This document shows positions 23,524-26,038 of a stretch of 26,038 nt of DNA, one piece after another; within the stretch, counting starts at the first letter, position 1, and every line of letters begins with the position of its first letter. Origin of the DNA: Desulfobacterales bacterium (GTDB taxonomy: Bacteria > Desulfobacterota > Desulfobacteria > Desulfobacterales > JAZFSW01). The stretch is from NCBI GenBank assembly GCA_036446375.1, contig JAZFSW010000565.1, forward strand, positions 1 through 26,038. The letters run 5' to 3'. Under the pieces are notes generated by a model. That model was not told the DNA's origin. It searched no databases and saw only the letters and a program-made list of their open reading frames with translations. The position numbers and the translations under genes are program-made.

Positions 23524-24855
23524 CTAGGATACCTCCGGCGCGGCCTCTTCGAGAGAAAGGCGGCTCGTTTCGGGCAGGCATTTTGCCACGATCACCGGCG
23601 CCAGAAATGCGACTACGGCGAGGTATGGTATCGCATCCCAATGGGAGCCGACTAAGTCATAGAAACGGGATTCGGCCCACAAACCGACAACGCTGCCAAG
23701 CGTTACCAGAACCGTCACGGCGCCCGAGGCGGTTGATCTGTAGGATGTGGGGAACAACTCGTTTCCGAAGACATTCAGGACCACCTTTCCGCCATTGCCG
23801 AAGAATAACATGCCGACCCATAGCGGGGGGAGAAACCAGCCAGACCCCTTGTAGAAACCGATTACAAAGAGCGGATGCAGCAGCAGAAAGATTCCTGCAA
23901 TTCGACGGCGCCCCTTTCGATCGGACAACCTTCCCGCCCACGCATTTCCCATTAAGGGGACGAGTCCACCGACGAATGACAACGCTGAGAAATGCCAAGG
24001 CGCCCAACCGTGGGCCTCCTGCAAATACTTTGGGGTAAAAAACACCGATGCGCTTGTCGAAAAAGCGAGTAGGAGGGACACACTGCCGATAGCTGCAAAC
24101 CGACCGGGATACATCTTTACCAGATTCAGAATGGGTGTGATAGAATCTCGAACGAAGCTTTGGGCCGCCTTCTGGTCCCTGTGGTTCTCGAAGCGTTTTG
24201 TTTCCGGCATGGATCTTCGAAGCCAGGCGACAATAGCCAACGGCAGCAATCCCACGAGATACATGGCTCTCCAGCCCATCGGTAACTTATCGATAAAGGC
24301 AAAAAGCAAAAGCGCAAGTCCGCCACCAAGGCTGCCGACAGCTGCCAGCGCTCCGGTCGCCCAGCCGCGATGCTCGGATTCGATCTCCTCTGCAATCACC
24401 ACATAGGCCAGTGCCACTTCAGCAACGGCAAAGGCCCGGGCTAGAAACTGAAACATGATAAAGGTTTTTGCATCCGTTGAAAACGCAGTTGCCCCGGTGA
24501 GGATCGTGTAACCCACTATGGTGAACAGCAGTATCTGCCGCCGGCCGAAGCGATCTGCAGCAATCGACAAAAGGACCGCCGGAAACGCGCCCATGCTAAC
24601 AAATGCACCCAATTCCCCAAGTCTGTTTTCCGGGATGCTCAAGGCCTCCTGGATTTGCTTCAAAGCCAGCGAAAACAAGTAAACATCATATGTCTCAAAG
24701 ACGGTTACAATGAAGATGAGAGCCAGCAACTTCCACTGTCTGGCAGTTAAGGCGGGGGCTTTGCCGAGCCAAGGGAAGTTTTTCATCCACTTGGCAACGT
24801 ACTTTTCATCGCCATCGGGATCATCCTGCTGATGCTGCATGTCTTCCACTATCAA
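23524..24855 (-). CDS. Major facilitator superfamily transporter (organic acid/aromatic acid-type)
   Basis: About 12 hydrophobic segments, with MFS motif A in both halves (ADRFGRRQIL and LSDRKGRRRI), VIAEEIESEHRG and ELFPTSYRSTASG. The exact start (TTG 24855, GTG 24849 or ATG 24840) is uncertain. Confidence 0.92.
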   Translation of the reverse strand: MIVEDMQHQQDDPDGDEKYVAKWMKNFPWLGKAPALTARQWKLLALIFIVTVFETYDVYLFSLALKQIQEALSIPENRLGELGAFVSMGAFPAVLLSIAADRFGRRQILLFTIVGYTILTGATAFSTDAKTFIMFQFLARAFAVAEVALAYVVIAEEIESEHRGWATGALAAVGSLGGGLALLLFAFIDKLPMGWRAMYLVGLLPLAIVAWLRRSMPETKRFENHRDQKAAQSFVRDSITPILNLVKMYPGRFAAIGSVSLLLAFSTSASVFFTPKYLQEAHGWAPWHFSALSFVGGLVPLMGNAWAGRLSDRKGRRRIAGIFLLLHPLFVIGFYKGSGWFLPPLWVGMLFFGNGGKVVLNVFGNELFPTSYRSTASGAVTVLVTLGSVVGLWAESRFYDLVGSHWDAIPYLAVVAFLAPVIVAKCLPETSRLSLEEAAPEVS

Positions 24856-24886
24856 CTCCCCGTCACTTCCATCAAACAGCGGGCCA

Positions 24887-26038
24887 TTAACCGCCAGCGT
24901 ATTGCTCGCATTTCTGAATCTGGTAGGTCTGCATTTCCGGTGCCAGGTCTGTAAAATAGCCCTGGAAGCCGCCGATTCTTATCTTCAAGTCCTTATATTT
25001 TTCCGGCTCTTTTTGGGCCGCCTTGAGCTTTTCACAGTCGTTGATGCTGATGGTGAGCAGTTCGCCTCGTTTTTCTACAAATGAAGTGATGTAGGCTTCT
25101 AACTGGTTGAGCAGACTGGCGCGGTTATCCATAGCAACATCCAAAGGGGCGCCGTTGGGTACGTCAACCAAGGGCAGTTTGCAGTAGGAATTGAGGGCTG
25201 CTGTTTGACCGTTTGCGGCCCTGCCAACCGAAGGCGAAGCGTTTGAGCTGATTGGCTGGTGGTCAAGGCGGCCATCGGGCGTAGCACCGATAATGCCGCC
25301 AACAGGGACATAGGACTGGAAAGTGCCCAGCGCAACGGGGAATTTGAGATGGCTGTTTTTCACCCGATCGGCATAGTAGCGCACCCTCTCAACGCAGTAC
25401 GCGACGATTTCCCGGGCGATATCGTCCGGGAAATCATCGTCGTTGCCATAGGCCGGGACTTTTGTCATCACCAATTGCCGGAGGGGCTCTTTGTCCTGCC
25501 AGTTGTCTTTGACGGCATCCAGCATCTCCGGCAAGGGGATGGCCTTTTCGTCAAAACACAGTTTCTTAATGGCCGCAAGGGAATCGGCTGTGTGGGATAG
25601 CCCGGAGAAAACAGGCGCATGGAAATTGTGCGTTACACCCTCTAAAGTCAGGTCTTTTCCGGATTCAATCGGGCCTTCCATCAGGGCCGATATCAGCGGC
25701 AGCGGCGCGATTTCATAGAGACGCTCATCCCGGAACTCATCGATGCACTCGATAAACCGTCCGATGTGCCGGTCCAGCCGCTCTTTGAATGACGCCATGA
25801 GTTCTTCAAAAGATCCCATGCCGTAGGCATCCGGCGGTGTGGCGCCGGCGTAGGGATCAAACGCTTCCACGTAGGGACGAGCAAATGGTGGTTGAACATC
25901 ACCTTCCCACCTTTCCGGAAACAGCGCCCGGTCCAAAGCCTCCACAAGGTTGATCATACCGTATTTAAAGTTGGTTCTTCCCTGGGAATAGATCTCCCAG
26001 CAGCCGTCACTGGTATAATCCCTTGCATGCTCAATCGA
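24887..26038 (-). CDS. Glycyl radical enzyme, second paralog; C-terminal 383 aa only, the gene continues beyond the window
   Basis: The frame stays open to the window edge (SIEHARDYTSDGCWEIYSQGRTNFKYGMINL...). It has the same DGCWE and IRIGGF loops as 5577-7997, with 284 of 356 residues identical by manual alignment. Confidence 0.95.
   Translation of the reverse strand, partial: SIEHARDYTSDGCWEIYSQGRTNFKYGMINLVEALDRALFPERWEGDVQPPFARPYVEAFDPYAGATPPDAYGMGSFEELMASFKERLDRHIGRFIECIDEFRDERLYEIAPLPLISALMEGPIESGKDLTLEGVTHNFHAPVFSGLSHTADSLAAIKKLCFDEKAIPLPEMLDAVKDNWQDKEPLRQLVMTKVPAYGNDDDFPDDIAREIVAYCVERVRYYADRVKNSHLKFPVALGTFQSYVPVGGIIGATPDGRLDHQPISSNASPSVGRAANGQTAALNSYCKLPLVDVPNGAPLDVAMDNRASLLNQLEAYITSFVEKRGELLTISINDCEKLKAAQKEPEKYKDLKIRIGGFQGYFTDLAPEMQTYQIQKCEQYAGG

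Overview
A 26 kb metabolic region, probably from an anaerobic Desulfobacterota-type bacterium (inferred from gene content and intergenic repeat style, not from a marker gene). From about 4.66 kb to the right edge, every real gene lies on the minus strand. Reading right to left: a partial glycyl radical enzyme (GRE), MFS transporter, DUF2284-type Cys-rich protein, frameshifted aldo/keto reductase, RraA/HMG-aldolase-like protein, ThDP E1 alpha/beta pair, xanthine-dehydrogenase-family Mo subunit with MoaD/ThiS, glycerol-dehydrogenase-like enzyme, SDR, Fe-S protein, EF-hand/DUF3604-type secreted protein, flavin-reductase-like protein, and a second complete GRE with its activase. The left end holds an enoyl-CoA hydratase, an orphan ORF and a second, divergent E1 alpha/beta pair. 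The strongest signal is two GRE paralogs, about 80% identical by manual count. They share non-canonical catalytic loops (DGCWE and RIGGF) that I cannot match to any characterised GRE class. They sit among oxidoreductases and C-C-cleaving enzymes, including a Mo enzyme with Cys at the CoxL copper-ligand position, which suggests an undescribed anaerobic catabolic pathway. The window also shows several gene relics the ORF track misses or reports only as short fragments, abrupt junctions, and a dispersed intergenic repeat family. I found no rRNA, tRNA, CRISPR array, transposase or integrase. All family calls come from motif recognition, not database searches.
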